Shown piece by piece: positions 38,691 through 48,179 of a stretch of DNA of 64,000 nucleotides (position 1 is the stretch's first letter; each line of letters opens with the position of its first letter). The position numbers and the translations under genes are program-made. The notes under the pieces are model-generated. The model ran no database searches, was not told the origin of the DNA, and was given only the letters and a program-made list of their open reading frames with translations. The stretch is from positions 63,158 to 127,157 of the forward strand of contig CAVRUV010000006.1 of assembly GCA_963724455.1 (NCBI GenBank), given 5' to 3'. The DNA comes from an uncultured Candidatus Woesearchaeota archaeon (GTDB lineage Archaea > Nanobdellota > Nanobdellia > Woesearchaeales > UBA525).

Positions 38691-41600
38691 ATGGTGGGTC
38701 GTGGAGTTTTCCTAACAGTTATTCTTATTCTACTTGCATCATTTGCATCCATTGGTATCGTGCATGCAGCAACAGACATAGGCGATACTGCCTTACACGC
38801 AAAACTTGCAGCACATATGCTCACAATTCCAGCAGAAGGGCAAGAATATACTATGGATTGTGGGCAATCAAAAGATGTTGTTAGCGTAACTCCGAGTACA
38901 GTACCGCTTCGCGGAGATTATTATTGCGTCATGAATACTAGTGGGATAATAATCTTCGGTACATTTAGGCATATGGGCGATACAAGTTCTAGCGAAGATA
39001 TTAGTGCTGAAATCATCAGCACCTATCAAGATAAATTGTTTAATGATCATATCGCTAAAACAGATATTGACCCAAAGGGATGCGGCAATTATGCAGCAGA
39101 TCCTAATAATCCATTATTTCAGCCTTGTAAATCAACAACGATCAAAGGTTTGAATGCGTATGTCTATGAGGACATCGACATAATGTATGTGTTAGTATCA
39201 ACTAAAACATTAAGCCAATTTGATTCTAGCATCATTGACAACATCCTTGATTGGATAAAATCATTCTTTGGTGTAGAGGGTGCTGCAACTACACAAATCG
39301 AAGTTCTTGACCATTTTGAGTATGCATATTTTGCAAATGTTGCACATAGACACATAAGTGCGCAATGGTACGATACAACCGCATTCATAATCTATCAGAA
39401 CTTTTCTACAGATATTAATTCCATAAAGCCAGAAGGAAGCGATTATTATCCTGGCCACGATCATAAGCAGATAATATCATTCAAAGATTTTGCAACTACA
39501 GATAAGAATATTCTTTTATGGAGAAAATATACTGCCGGTATTCGCATTGCTGACGATGGAAAAAATCCATTCGCCGGCGACGTTTGCGGCGATGGCAATG
39601 TAGGATTTGATGAAGAGTGCGAACCAGGAAAACCAGGAGATTTTGTTTCTTGCAAAACGTATAATTCGGCATTGTATACGACAGGAGTTCTCAGCTGCAA
39701 TCCTGTAGGCAGTGCACAACAATGCATGTATAATACAACTAGTTGTATTAGCTGTATTGATAAGGATCGTGACGGATATTCTGGAGGACAAGGAGCTACC
39801 GGCGCACTAAGTGTAGTATCTTATGGAAAATTCGGTATGGGAATTCCTTACGGACCGTTTGAAGCTTTTGATCCAGAAGTTATGAGTTCAACAACTCAGC
39901 TAGTTACAAATAGAAAATTATCAATGCATCTTGGTTATGAAGTCGTACCTATTACTTTTGATATGGCAATTCCTAATGGAACATCAAGCGATATTCAATT
40001 TACGCACGCAATTGCATTAGCAGAATCGTTATACGAAAACTGCAAGCAAAAAAACGGCGGAGTTGCAGCAACAGAAGAAGCAAAATTAATTTGTGAACGC
40101 CAAGCATACGCCAACATCACAACATTTAATCCAGCAATTGCTGCAGAAATGCAGCAGATAATCCCAACACCATCCACAGAAGCACTCTGTTCATTCAAAG
40201 AAGTTTACAATCAAGTAACTTCAAAATATGAAGGAAAATTCTTCTGCCCAGAAGGAGAAACTCCATCAGCATTAGGTGTTGAAAGTTCAATAAAAGATTT
40301 ATTTGGAAATATGAAAATATCAAATGTCAATCCTATCATCAAAATAAATCTAGGAAAACCATCAGATATTCCTGCGCAAGGAGCATGCGGCGGAACGCAC
40401 CAAGCGTGCAGTGGATTTTCTGCAACTACTTGCAGCGTGCACTCCGGATGCTCCGTTGCACAAACATGCGGCGGAACTATAGATGATTGCGGAGTATTTG
40501 CTACAAAATACATATGCAATAAACATAATCCTGTTTGTTCTTGGACGGGAACTGTCGCAGATGGATTTTGTGAAGGAAATGGTATTACCTGCGATCCAAC
40601 ATGGAACACAGCAACATGCACGGCAAATGATTGCGTGCCGGAAAATTCTTGTACCGGTACAACACACGCGTGCAGCACAATAACTGTTGAATCATCATGC
40701 AACGATTTGGAACATAAAGGCTGTTCGTGGAATTCAGGAACTGGTCCAACCGAAAGCAAACTACCAACAAAAGATTCCTATACAGAAGTAGAATTGCGCA
40801 AGATACGAGGATATTGTTTTGTTAGCGCAAAAGGACTTGGCAGTTATTGGAACGGCATTCCCTTAATCAACAATCCTGATGTAAAAGTAAAAAACTTCAT
40901 TATTGTTGGCGATCCCAAAATGGCAGGAATGTCGGGACAAACGTATAACCAAGTTTACCAATCGTGTCGTAGAGGAATAAAAGATGCAATCGGAGATAGT
41001 GCAAGAGCGTTATATGGATTGCCAAGTGATGAAAGTTTCTATAACGAGTATACACAATTTATTCTACAAGGACCATCGGCATATGATGGAATCTATATCG
41101 AACCAAAAATCATCTGCGATGGCGATTGTACAACACCAGACGCATCAACTCACAAATATAAATTTGCAGACATGTCTAAAGCAGATTACGATGCTAGATA
41201 TGAAGCGCTTAAAGAAACAAATCTATCTATAACTGCATTAGCAGAAATATCTTTAGATGATCCAAGTACAAATTACGGAACAAAACAGCTTTTAGATTTG
41301 ACGCTTGCAAAGACAAGACCACTAATATTTAACAAAGATTCATCTGGCAACTTTAAAACATTCAGTTCTTTTGAAGGTGATGAACCCGACGTGACAGAAA
41401 TTATTACAAATAAAACGCTTTATTGGAATGCTACAATCTATGGTTTGCAAGGAAAAGTTGTTTACGCCTTCAAAGACAAATTTGTCAACGAAAAAAATAT
41501 TCCAAATTCAAACACAATTCGTTTGTTTGTTGCAGATGTTGGCGCACATAGTTCTGTAGTATCAATACATAACTTTGGTGCAGCAACGCAGTTTAATCTC

Positions 41601-42527
41601 TCAGATTTCAATTTATCAAAATGTGTTGAAAAAGGTACGCGAACAATATCTCAAAAAGAGATAAAATCAACAGCAAAATTCAACGGCACCATTCCTGCAA
41701 ATTCTGTTGTAACAATAGATCTTGGAGAAAATGTTTCTTGTATTACACCAACTACGGGAACAATGGCCGCGTGCACTGTTCGCGTAGATTGTAATGATAA
41801 TGAAGATCCTGTTGGAAAGATAAATCCTGGCGCAATAGAGATTTGTGGCGACGGCATTGATAGCAATTGCGATGGTCAAGATTCTGGTCTTGGTTGTGTT
41901 GCAAATGGAAATGATATAGCAACAGATTTTATCTGTAATTATGATAATGTTTGTGACGACGGAGAAAATAGAAATCTATGCCGCGATTGCGCCGAAGCAC
42001 AAGATACTTGCCCCAAAGAAGTTTTATTCAAACAATATCCCGGATTCAATGTTTCTTTACGTGCAGACAATAATAATAATCCAACATTACACATCGTAAG
42101 TAAAGTTGCTGCTTGCAAGCTCTCAGGGGGCGCACTTGAAGCAACATACCAAAAGACCGGAACCAATGTGGGAATATTTACTAATGGAACATCAAGCGTT
42201 AATATTTCTTATCTGCAAAATAATTGGCGCTTAGAACCAAAAGGCGATATTGTAAAACAACTCAAGCCATGTTGGGGATCAATGACTACAGTCGACATAA
42301 CATTTGTAAGCGTTCCTGTATGTGTACCGGGGACTGGCAGCGGAAGTTGTATAGATGATACTGATTGTAATTTGGATGGAGGAACTCGCTTCTCTTGTGT
42401 TGATGGGGTGTGTGAACTTAAGATAGGAACTTGTAATTGCGAACCAAATGAATATTGTTTTAAGAGAGTCTGTTATCCAAACGAAGGCAATTGTGGCGGT
42501 TATGGTCAACCACTTTGCTATAATTAA
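38691..42527 (+). CDS. Large (1278 aa) secreted protein with a Sec signal peptide and Cys-rich central and C-terminal regions.
   Basis: MVGRGVFLTVILILLASFASIGIVHA|AT. GGAGG lies 10 nt upstream of the ATG. Multiple Cys clusters (CGGTHQACSGF...CSVHSGCSVAQTCGG..., C-terminal CNCEPNEYCFKRVCYPNEGNCGG). Confidence 0.7.
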   Translation: MVGRGVFLTVILILLASFASIGIVHAATDIGDTALHAKLAAHMLTIPAEGQEYTMDCGQSKDVVSVTPSTVPLRGDYYCVMNTSGIIIFGTFRHMGDTSSSEDISAEIISTYQDKLFNDHIAKTDIDPKGCGNYAADPNNPLFQPCKSTTIKGLNAYVYEDIDIMYVLVSTKTLSQFDSSIIDNILDWIKSFFGVEGAATTQIEVLDHFEYAYFANVAHRHISAQWYDTTAFIIYQNFSTDINSIKPEGSDYYPGHDHKQIISFKDFATTDKNILLWRKYTAGIRIADDGKNPFAGDVCGDGNVGFDEECEPGKPGDFVSCKTYNSALYTTGVLSCNPVGSAQQCMYNTTSCISCIDKDRDGYSGGQGATGALSVVSYGKFGMGIPYGPFEAFDPEVMSSTTQLVTNRKLSMHLGYEVVPITFDMAIPNGTSSDIQFTHAIALAESLYENCKQKNGGVAATEEAKLICERQAYANITTFNPAIAAEMQQIIPTPSTEALCSFKEVYNQVTSKYEGKFFCPEGETPSALGVESSIKDLFGNMKISNVNPIIKINLGKPSDIPAQGACGGTHQACSGFSATTCSVHSGCSVAQTCGGTIDDCGVFATKYICNKHNPVCSWTGTVADGFCEGNGITCDPTWNTATCTANDCVPENSCTGTTHACSTITVESSCNDLEHKGCSWNSGTGPTESKLPTKDSYTEVELRKIRGYCFVSAKGLGSYWNGIPLINNPDVKVKNFIIVGDPKMAGMSGQTYNQVYQSCRRGIKDAIGDSARALYGLPSDESFYNEYTQFILQGPSAYDGIYIEPKIICDGDCTTPDASTHKYKFADMSKADYDARYEALKETNLSITALAEISLDDPSTNYGTKQLLDLTLAKTRPLIFNKDSSGNFKTFSSFEGDEPDVTEIITNKTLYWNATIYGLQGKVVYAFKDKFVNEKNIPNSNTIRLFVADVGAHSSVVSIHNFGAATQFNLSDFNLSKCVEKGTRTISQKEIKSTAKFNGTIPANSVVTIDLGENVSCITPTTGTMAACTVRVDCNDNEDPVGKINPGAIEICGDGIDSNCDGQDSGLGCVANGNDIATDFICNYDNVCDDGENRNLCRDCAEAQDTCPKEVLFKQYPGFNVSLRADNNNNPTLHIVSKVAACKLSGGALEATYQKTGTNVGIFTNGTSSVNISYLQNNWRLEPKGDIVKQLKPCWGSMTTVDITFVSVPVCVPGTGSGSCIDDTDCNLDGGTRFSCVDGVCELKIGTCNCEPNEYCFKRVCYPNEGNCGGYGQPLCYN

Positions 42528-42640
42528 TAAACTACTATTAATAAAATAATAGTAAGTAATTAGTTCTAAATAATTAGTTTTAATTAATATCTAACCAATT
42601 TTTCCATAAAGCACTTAACTGCAAAAGATTTTCTTCTATT

Positions 42641-43534
42641 ATGGCAACATGCACTCTTTGCAAAGCACCCGCAGTAATAGAAAATCCACATTATTGTAAA
42701 GAACATTTTATCGAGAGATTTGAAGCCAGAGTTTCTGAAACAATAAAAAAATACGAACTTATATCACAAAACGATAAAGTGGTAGTTGCAGTTTCTGGCG
42801 GAAAAGATTCTCTAACAGTTCTTACACTTCTTCATAAATGGAGCTATGCTGTTACAGCGCTTCTTATTGATGAAGGAATTCCAGGATATCGCGACCACAC
42901 AATAGAAGATATGAAACGAGTCTGCGTTGAAAAAAATATACCTTACAAGATATTGTCTTTTGCAGAGTTGACAGGACACACGCTAAACGAAATGATACAA
43001 ACAAAAGCATCATACTCATCACATCCATGTACAACTTGCGGTACATTGAGAAGGTATCTTCTTGCAAAAGGAAGCAAGGACTTTGATGTTATAGCGACAG
43101 GTCACAACGCAGACGATGAATCACAAGTGGTGTTGATGAATATAATTCGTGGAAATACGGAGTTGTTTGCAAGATTAGGGCCAGTATCAGGAATAGCACA
43201 AGAAGGATTTACTAAACGTGTAAAGCCATTATATTTTTGTACTGAAAAAGAGATAATGACTTATGCATATTTGCAAGGGCTTGTAAGAGGATTTAATGAG
43301 TGCCCTCACATAGGCCTTAGTTATCGTAATATTATTCGTGAAGAACTGAATAATTATGCACAAGCGCATCCTAACGCAAGACGAGAATTATTAGAGAAAT
43401 TTTTATCATTTAAAGAATCGATGACTATTAATCAAACATTGGCAAAACTTTGCAGATTCTGTGAACAGCCATCAAGTGCGGGAATTTGTAAGGCATGCGA
43501 ACTTATCGAACGCATGAAAAAACAAACACAATAA
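42641..43534 (+). CDS. PP-loop ATPase tRNA thiolation enzyme of the TtuA/NcsA (Ncs6/Ctu1) type.
   Basis: PP-loop VAVSGGKDS. N-terminal Zn finger CTLCK...CKEH, C-terminal CRFCE...CKAC. [4Fe-4S]-type cysteines PCTTCG...ECPH. Confidence 0.65.
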   Translation: MATCTLCKAPAVIENPHYCKEHFIERFEARVSETIKKYELISQNDKVVVAVSGGKDSLTVLTLLHKWSYAVTALLIDEGIPGYRDHTIEDMKRVCVEKNIPYKILSFAELTGHTLNEMIQTKASYSSHPCTTCGTLRRYLLAKGSKDFDVIATGHNADDESQVVLMNIIRGNTELFARLGPVSGIAQEGFTKRVKPLYFCTEKEIMTYAYLQGLVRGFNECPHIGLSYRNIIREELNNYAQAHPNARRELLEKFLSFKESMTINQTLAKLCRFCEQPSSAGICKACELIERMKKQTQ

Positions 43535-43636
43535 CCCAAAGTATACACAATAGAAAGATTTTTGAAGAGTATAATTATCATCGTTATTATATCATTGCTA
43601 TCATATTATTGTTACTAGGTATGTAGATTTATACGG

Positions 43637-44227
43637 TTGAAAAATATGGTTAAAAACAAAACAATTCTAAACCTCATTCACAATTTTGTAGAACTGCATG
43701 CAATGGACATGCTTCGTATAGCACTTGCAATAGTTTTTATCTGGTTTGGACTACTTAAGATATTTTGGTTAAGTCCAGCTAATGCGTTAATAACCGAAAC
43801 AGTATTCTGGTTTGATAGCAGTTGGTTTATTCCTCTACTCGGAATTTGGGAAATAATTATTGGAATATTCTTTTTAGTACCAAAATTAACACGTTATGTG
43901 TTGTGGATAATGCTTCCACAGATGTTTGGTACGTTTTTGCCATTAGTAATATTATTCGAAAAAGCATTTCACGGAAATATTCTTGCTCCGACAATGGAAG
44001 GACAGTATATTATTAAGAATTTGGTATTGATTTCCGGCGCTCTCGTCGTAGTTGTGTATACTAATGTAAACAACGGCGCTTATGCTTGTAGCAAAAGTAA
44101 TTCAAATAAGAATTCTAATCAAAATATGAATTCAAATTTAAACAAGAATTTAAAAAATATTAAAGATCAAGCAAAATCTGCAAGTCGCGACAAGCGCGCA
44201 TCTGCAAAGGCTCGCACGCGCCGCTAA
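43637..44227 (+). CDS. Small polytopic membrane protein (DoxX-like?) with an N/K/S-rich C-terminal tail.
   Basis: Four predicted TM helices (MLRIALAIVFIWFGLLKIF...). The tail overlaps the convergent gene by about 68 nt, so the true stop is uncertain. Confidence 0.35.
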   Translation: MKNMVKNKTILNLIHNFVELHAMDMLRIALAIVFIWFGLLKIFWLSPANALITETVFWFDSSWFIPLLGIWEIIIGIFFLVPKLTRYVLWIMLPQMFGTFLPLVILFEKAFHGNILAPTMEGQYIIKNLVLISGALVVVVYTNVNNGAYACSKSNSNKNSNQNMNSNLNKNLKNIKDQAKSASRDKRASAKARTRR

Positions 44228-44744
44228 CAACAATAACGCGTGGAGAATATTTCTTATAAAACTCATTATTTTGCATTATACGGCCCAGCACAACGCCGGG
44301 AGCTATTTGTCCAGCAAAAAGTTGACTTGCATCTACAAGTAACGTCTTGTCATTATTATTTACGTGCTGTAAGAAGACTTGGTTAAGTCCGCTATTGCGG
44401 TGATGAATAAAATCGTCACGTTTACCAGATTCCATATCGATGATATGGCTTACTCGTTTATCTTCAAATAATTCAGGCCTTGCCATTCCAATAATGGTTT
44501 TTGTAAAGTTTTTTGCTTTTGCAACATCTTGTTGTGAATTTACAATAATTGCAAATTCAGTAGTAAGATTTTCTTGTTTTAGAAGTTGTACTTCTTTTGC
44601 TCGCATCTTTAGGAGCGGATCAGATAATTGATAGCATAAAATGAGGTGTTTTGTACCAAGACGTAGCGCCATATCTACAAGATGCTTCTCATTTCCATTA
44701 GGAAATACAACATCAATTTGCGCATTTTCACGTGTCATGACCAT
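44160..44744 (-). CDS. RNase P protein subunit p30 (Rnp3)-like.
   Basis: C-terminal VVSGACEPLQMRACRDLQIL resembles the Rpp30 motif ...TSSA....R.PRDL.... The first 39 codons of the track ORF overlap the divergent gene, so the start is taken at the internal Met MVMTRENAQ. Confidence 0.4.
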   Translation of the reverse strand: MVMTRENAQIDVVFPNGNEKHLVDMALRLGTKHLILCYQLSDPLLKMRAKEVQLLKQENLTTEFAIIVNSQQDVAKAKNFTKTIIGMARPELFEDKRVSHIIDMESGKRDDFIHHRNSGLNQVFLQHVNNNDKTLLVDASQLFAGQIAPGVVLGRIMQNNEFYKKYSPRVIVVSGACEPLQMRACRDLQILLDL

Positions 44745-44790
44745 AGAAAAGAGACACACCTTTAAAAGGAGTACGCTCTTCTCTGGGACT

Positions 44791-45489
44791 ATGGAAGTTC
44801 GTTTACAAAAGGCTATTGCTGAAGCCGGAATTTGTTCTCGCCGCAAGGCTGAAGAGCTCATCCAGCACGGTCATGTACGCGTCAATGGCGAGCTAGCAAT
44901 CATTGGAGCAAATGTTGATGTTACCAAGGATAAGATAATGGTTAGTGGGGAATATTTGCGTCCAGAAAAGAAAATTTATCTCATGCTAAATAAACCTCGA
45001 GGATATATTACTACGTCGAGCGATCCATACAACAGAAAGCACATAATGCAATTAATCGACGAAGATGTTAGAGTATTTCCTGTAGGAAGACTGGATAAAG
45101 AAACAACAGGACTTCTTTTATTGACAAACGACGGCGAGTTTGCAAACAAGATTACACATCCTCGTTATAATGTTCAAAAGACGTATGAAGCAACTCTGGA
45201 TAGAAGAATCGAACCAGAGGATTTAGAGAGTATCAATCACGGCGTTGTTATCGATGGCGTAGTTGTAAGAGCCTTTGCAATGCGCATAGGTCCTAAAGTT
45301 GTAAAGATTACCGTTCATACAGGCATGAATAAAGAAGTCAAGCGTATTTTCAAAAAAGTAGGTTATTGGGTAGAAGCTCTACGAAGAACAGAAATTAAAG
45401 GCGTAAGACTCACACCAAAAGAAGGCAAGTATAGAACATTAACTTCTGCCGAACTTACAAAGTTACTAGCTGACGAAAAGCGAAGATGA
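44791..45489 (+). CDS. Pseudouridine synthase of the RsuA/RluB family (S4 domain plus catalytic domain).
   Basis: S4 region LQKAIAEAGICSRRKAEELIQHGHVRVNG. Catalytic region YLMLNKPRGYITT...PVGRLDKETTGLLLLTNDGEFANKITHP with catalytic Asp. The track start at 44641 overlaps the divergent gene; the Met at 44791 is used. Confidence 0.8.
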   Translation: MEVRLQKAIAEAGICSRRKAEELIQHGHVRVNGELAIIGANVDVTKDKIMVSGEYLRPEKKIYLMLNKPRGYITTSSDPYNRKHIMQLIDEDVRVFPVGRLDKETTGLLLLTNDGEFANKITHPRYNVQKTYEATLDRRIEPEDLESINHGVVIDGVVVRAFAMRIGPKVVKITVHTGMNKEVKRIFKKVGYWVEALRRTEIKGVRLTPKEGKYRTLTSAELTKLLADEKRR

Positions 45490-45579
45490 ATGTTTAGTAT
45501 TCTTTGATTTATTATCGTTTAGTTATTGATTATTAGTTAATTTTTGTTTTGTTAATCACTTTTAATTATTCTTTTATTA

Positions 45580-45665
45580 GTGCTGCGAAGAATTAGTCAC
45601 GTAGTCGTTTTACGATCCGCGTCGCCTACAGCACGACTCGGATCTGTTTAACTTCAAGGCAGCAC
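45580..45665. ncRNA. Candidate structured RNA or bidirectional terminator element: a GC-rich island in an AT-rich convergent intergenic region.
   Basis: Outer stem GTGCTG (45580) / CAGCAC (45660). Inner 11-bp hairpin GATCCGCGTCG (45614-24) / CGACTCGGATC (45634-44) with one mismatch. Flanked on both sides by TAGTTATT-type AT-rich repeats. Confidence 0.25.
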
Positions 45666-45816
45666 AGGATTATTAACTATTTCTTACTATTTTTGAACTA
45701 TTGATTCTTTAGTTATTAATTTTTAGTTAGTTATTTTTTTGTTATTAGTTATGTAATTAATTATTTTTTAGTATTATTTTTAGCAGCGTTATTTTTATTT
45801 AATATTTTTAGAAATC

Positions 45817-46674
45817 TTATGCTCTATCAAAAATGACTGCGGCGTATGAAACACTATTCTTGTAATCTCCGAGGATATCTCCACTAGTATAGTGTCGCAG
45901 AACACGAGGTGCAGCGCGGTCTATTATTCTTAAAAGAAGTTCTATTGTACGAAGGCCTTCTTTTGTTTCAAAATGAGTTTCTACAAATTTTGCGTACCCA
46001 TCAGGATCACGTTTTTGTACGAACGCAAGCAGTTCATCATCCAGTTCATAAATTCTTGAAGCAATCTGCGTCGTGAAAGGAACATAGTGAAAAATTGGTC
46101 CATAGTGCGTAAGATCGGTACTTGCAATAACAATTATTTTTCTCTTCAATGATTCTGCAGCGCTTTTTATGTCTGCTGCAAGTTTTTTTAAATCAATATT
46201 TTCGTTAATGATGATTGGCAAGATTCGTATTTGTTCTTGTTCTTTGTATTTTGCGTGCAGCAAAAATGGCAATTGCACCTCAATACCGTGATCTTTTGCA
46301 TGTATGTTTTCATTCAGTTCTATGGTTCCTTTTTTTATGATCGCCGTAGCAAGCTCTACATCCGGCAGTATAAATCCAAGGGGTGTATTGAATACAGCAG
46401 TACTTAGGCCGGATTCTTGAGAATGATGATTTGCGCTTATGATAATATAAGTGTCTGGTAAGGGCGTTTCTGCAATTGATTTGTAGCTCCAAGCCATACA
46501 GTCTCCGCAATGACTATATGGGGAATTAGGAGAAATGCAAGCAATAGTATCTTTTGATTCTCCTTTAGGAAGATTACCAGGACTTCTAGGGCCCGTATAG
46601 TGCGCAACAATCTCTTTTTTTAGAAGATCACGATCACGATCATAATATGCTCCTAAAGATATTGGTTCTCGCAT
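45817..46674 (-). CDS. MEMO1 / AmmeMemoRadiSam system protein B family protein.
   Basis: HGIEVQLPFL and IASTDLTHYGP motifs. About 285 aa. Confidence 0.7.
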   Translation of the reverse strand: MREPISLGAYYDRDRDLLKKEIVAHYTGPRSPGNLPKGESKDTIACISPNSPYSHCGDCMAWSYKSIAETPLPDTYIIISANHHSQESGLSTAVFNTPLGFILPDVELATAIIKKGTIELNENIHAKDHGIEVQLPFLLHAKYKEQEQIRILPIIINENIDLKKLAADIKSAAESLKRKIIVIASTDLTHYGPIFHYVPFTTQIASRIYELDDELLAFVQKRDPDGYAKFVETHFETKEGLRTIELLLRIIDRAAPRVLRHYTSGDILGDYKNSVSYAAVIFDRA

Positions 46675-46802
46675 ATTATTTTTATCTTAGAGGTGTTTAT
46701 ATTTCTTCTCCTTTATCTTCTCTAATATTAATATTTTTATTCTCGCCGACACGCTTTTAAACAAGGCTTGCTACAAGAAGCAGATGAGGGGTGAAAACTC
46801 AT

Positions 46803-48032
46803 ATGAGTTGTGAAAAGAGGCCGGTAAAACAAGGGCAAATAACGCTCTTTGTAATAATAGGTCTTGTAGCACTAATCATAATAGGAATTTTCTTTTCCCT
46901 TGCAAAAATGCCAGTTTCTAAAGAACCTTCACAAGCAATAGAAAATGTAGCAGATAATGCGATTTTGCAACAATATTTGTCATCTTGTCTTGATAGCGTT
47001 GTAAATGATGAATTGTATAAATTAGGTCAAAGCGGCGGACTTCCAAATGATCCAGGATACCCTTCGGCAGAAGTTGGAGATGGTGAAAGCATAAGAAAAG
47101 TATTGTACGGTGTTACACGCAATAGAGATGTAGATATCCCACAACCAGCAGTCGCTCCAGAATATCCAGATAACAGTTCTTCATTTGCTAATATGTCAAT
47201 AAATGCTCGTACCGGACAACCATTCTTACCATTCAAAGATGGATTTTTCGGGGATACGCATTTTCCTGCAACATGCGAGCGAACAGGCGCAAATGCTCTG
47301 GGTGGAGCGCATGCATGTAGATATTATATTGATAATCCCCCTGGAACAAAAGGACCGTCAACACAAAAGCAATTACAGCAAAGAATTGAGCAGCGTGTAG
47401 CTGAGTGTGCAAGCCTTGATAGGTTCAATCGTGCAACAAACGGAGCAATATCTTCTGTTAATGTCCCCACAGTTAATCTATCTTTTTCATCAGATGTTGT
47501 AATGGTAGGATTTACTTATGATATAACTTTGAAAGGAAGTGCGCACAAACTTCTGCCAATTACAAGAAGATATGATGTGCGATATGTTTCAATTGCAGAA
47601 TTCGCGTATGATCTTGCTCGTGAAGAGACAAGAAATCTTACTTTTAATCCTGCAAATCCTCTTCATTACAAGAACATACAATCGTATAGAAACGGATTTA
47701 CTGTCGGAAGAAGCGAAGTTGTAACAACAGGAAATTATCTCATTCCTCCATCGCAAATTAAGAATGCGACACTCATTACAATTATTGATGATAAATCTTC
47801 TTTGCGTTCAGAAACATATGATTTTTCATTCCTAATAGAACATAGGACTCCTGTATTGAATAAATTGAGTGATATTTCGCAATGTGTGCTTACAAATGGA
47901 ATAGACCCCGACACCTTACTCGTTATTGTCAATTTAGTTGAAGTAAAAGACATTAATGATGTTACTATTGGTCATAATTGTATAGTCACGGATACAGATG
48001 GTGAAAAGGATTGGCAGTATATTGCTTCTTAG
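46803..48032 (+). CDS. Secreted protein with a class III (type IV prepilin-like) N-terminus.
   Basis: The track start at 46791 is GTG. ATG 46803 gives MSCEKRPVKQG|QITLFVIIGLVALIIIGIFF. GAGGGGTGA lies about 8 nt upstream. Confidence 0.6.
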   Translation: MSCEKRPVKQGQITLFVIIGLVALIIIGIFFSLAKMPVSKEPSQAIENVADNAILQQYLSSCLDSVVNDELYKLGQSGGLPNDPGYPSAEVGDGESIRKVLYGVTRNRDVDIPQPAVAPEYPDNSSSFANMSINARTGQPFLPFKDGFFGDTHFPATCERTGANALGGAHACRYYIDNPPGTKGPSTQKQLQQRIEQRVAECASLDRFNRATNGAISSVNVPTVNLSFSSDVVMVGFTYDITLKGSAHKLLPITRRYDVRYVSIAEFAYDLAREETRNLTFNPANPLHYKNIQSYRNGFTVGRSEVVTTGNYLIPPSQIKNATLITIIDDKSSLRSETYDFSFLIEHRTPVLNKLSDISQCVLTNGIDPDTLLVIVNLVEVKDINDVTIGHNCIVTDTDGEKDWQYIAS

Positions 48033-48179
48033 AGGTTTAAGGAATTGGGTTAAGAACTTCAAAAGGAGGATTTAAGGGGTTAAATGCGAGTTTGTGGTGG
48101 ATTATTTATTCTTTCTTCAACATCTTCTACGTCGTAAAGTTTATAAATGCCAAGACGGGAGAATTGATGTGGTGTGGCT

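Noticed and set aside
44160-44227. 68-nt convergent overlap between the membrane-protein gene and the RNase P p30-like gene.
   Set aside because: A sequencing frameshift or pseudogene is possible. The N/K/S-rich tail may equally be a genuine low-complexity extension, or the true stop may be misplaced. The sequence alone cannot decide, so no pseudogene was called.
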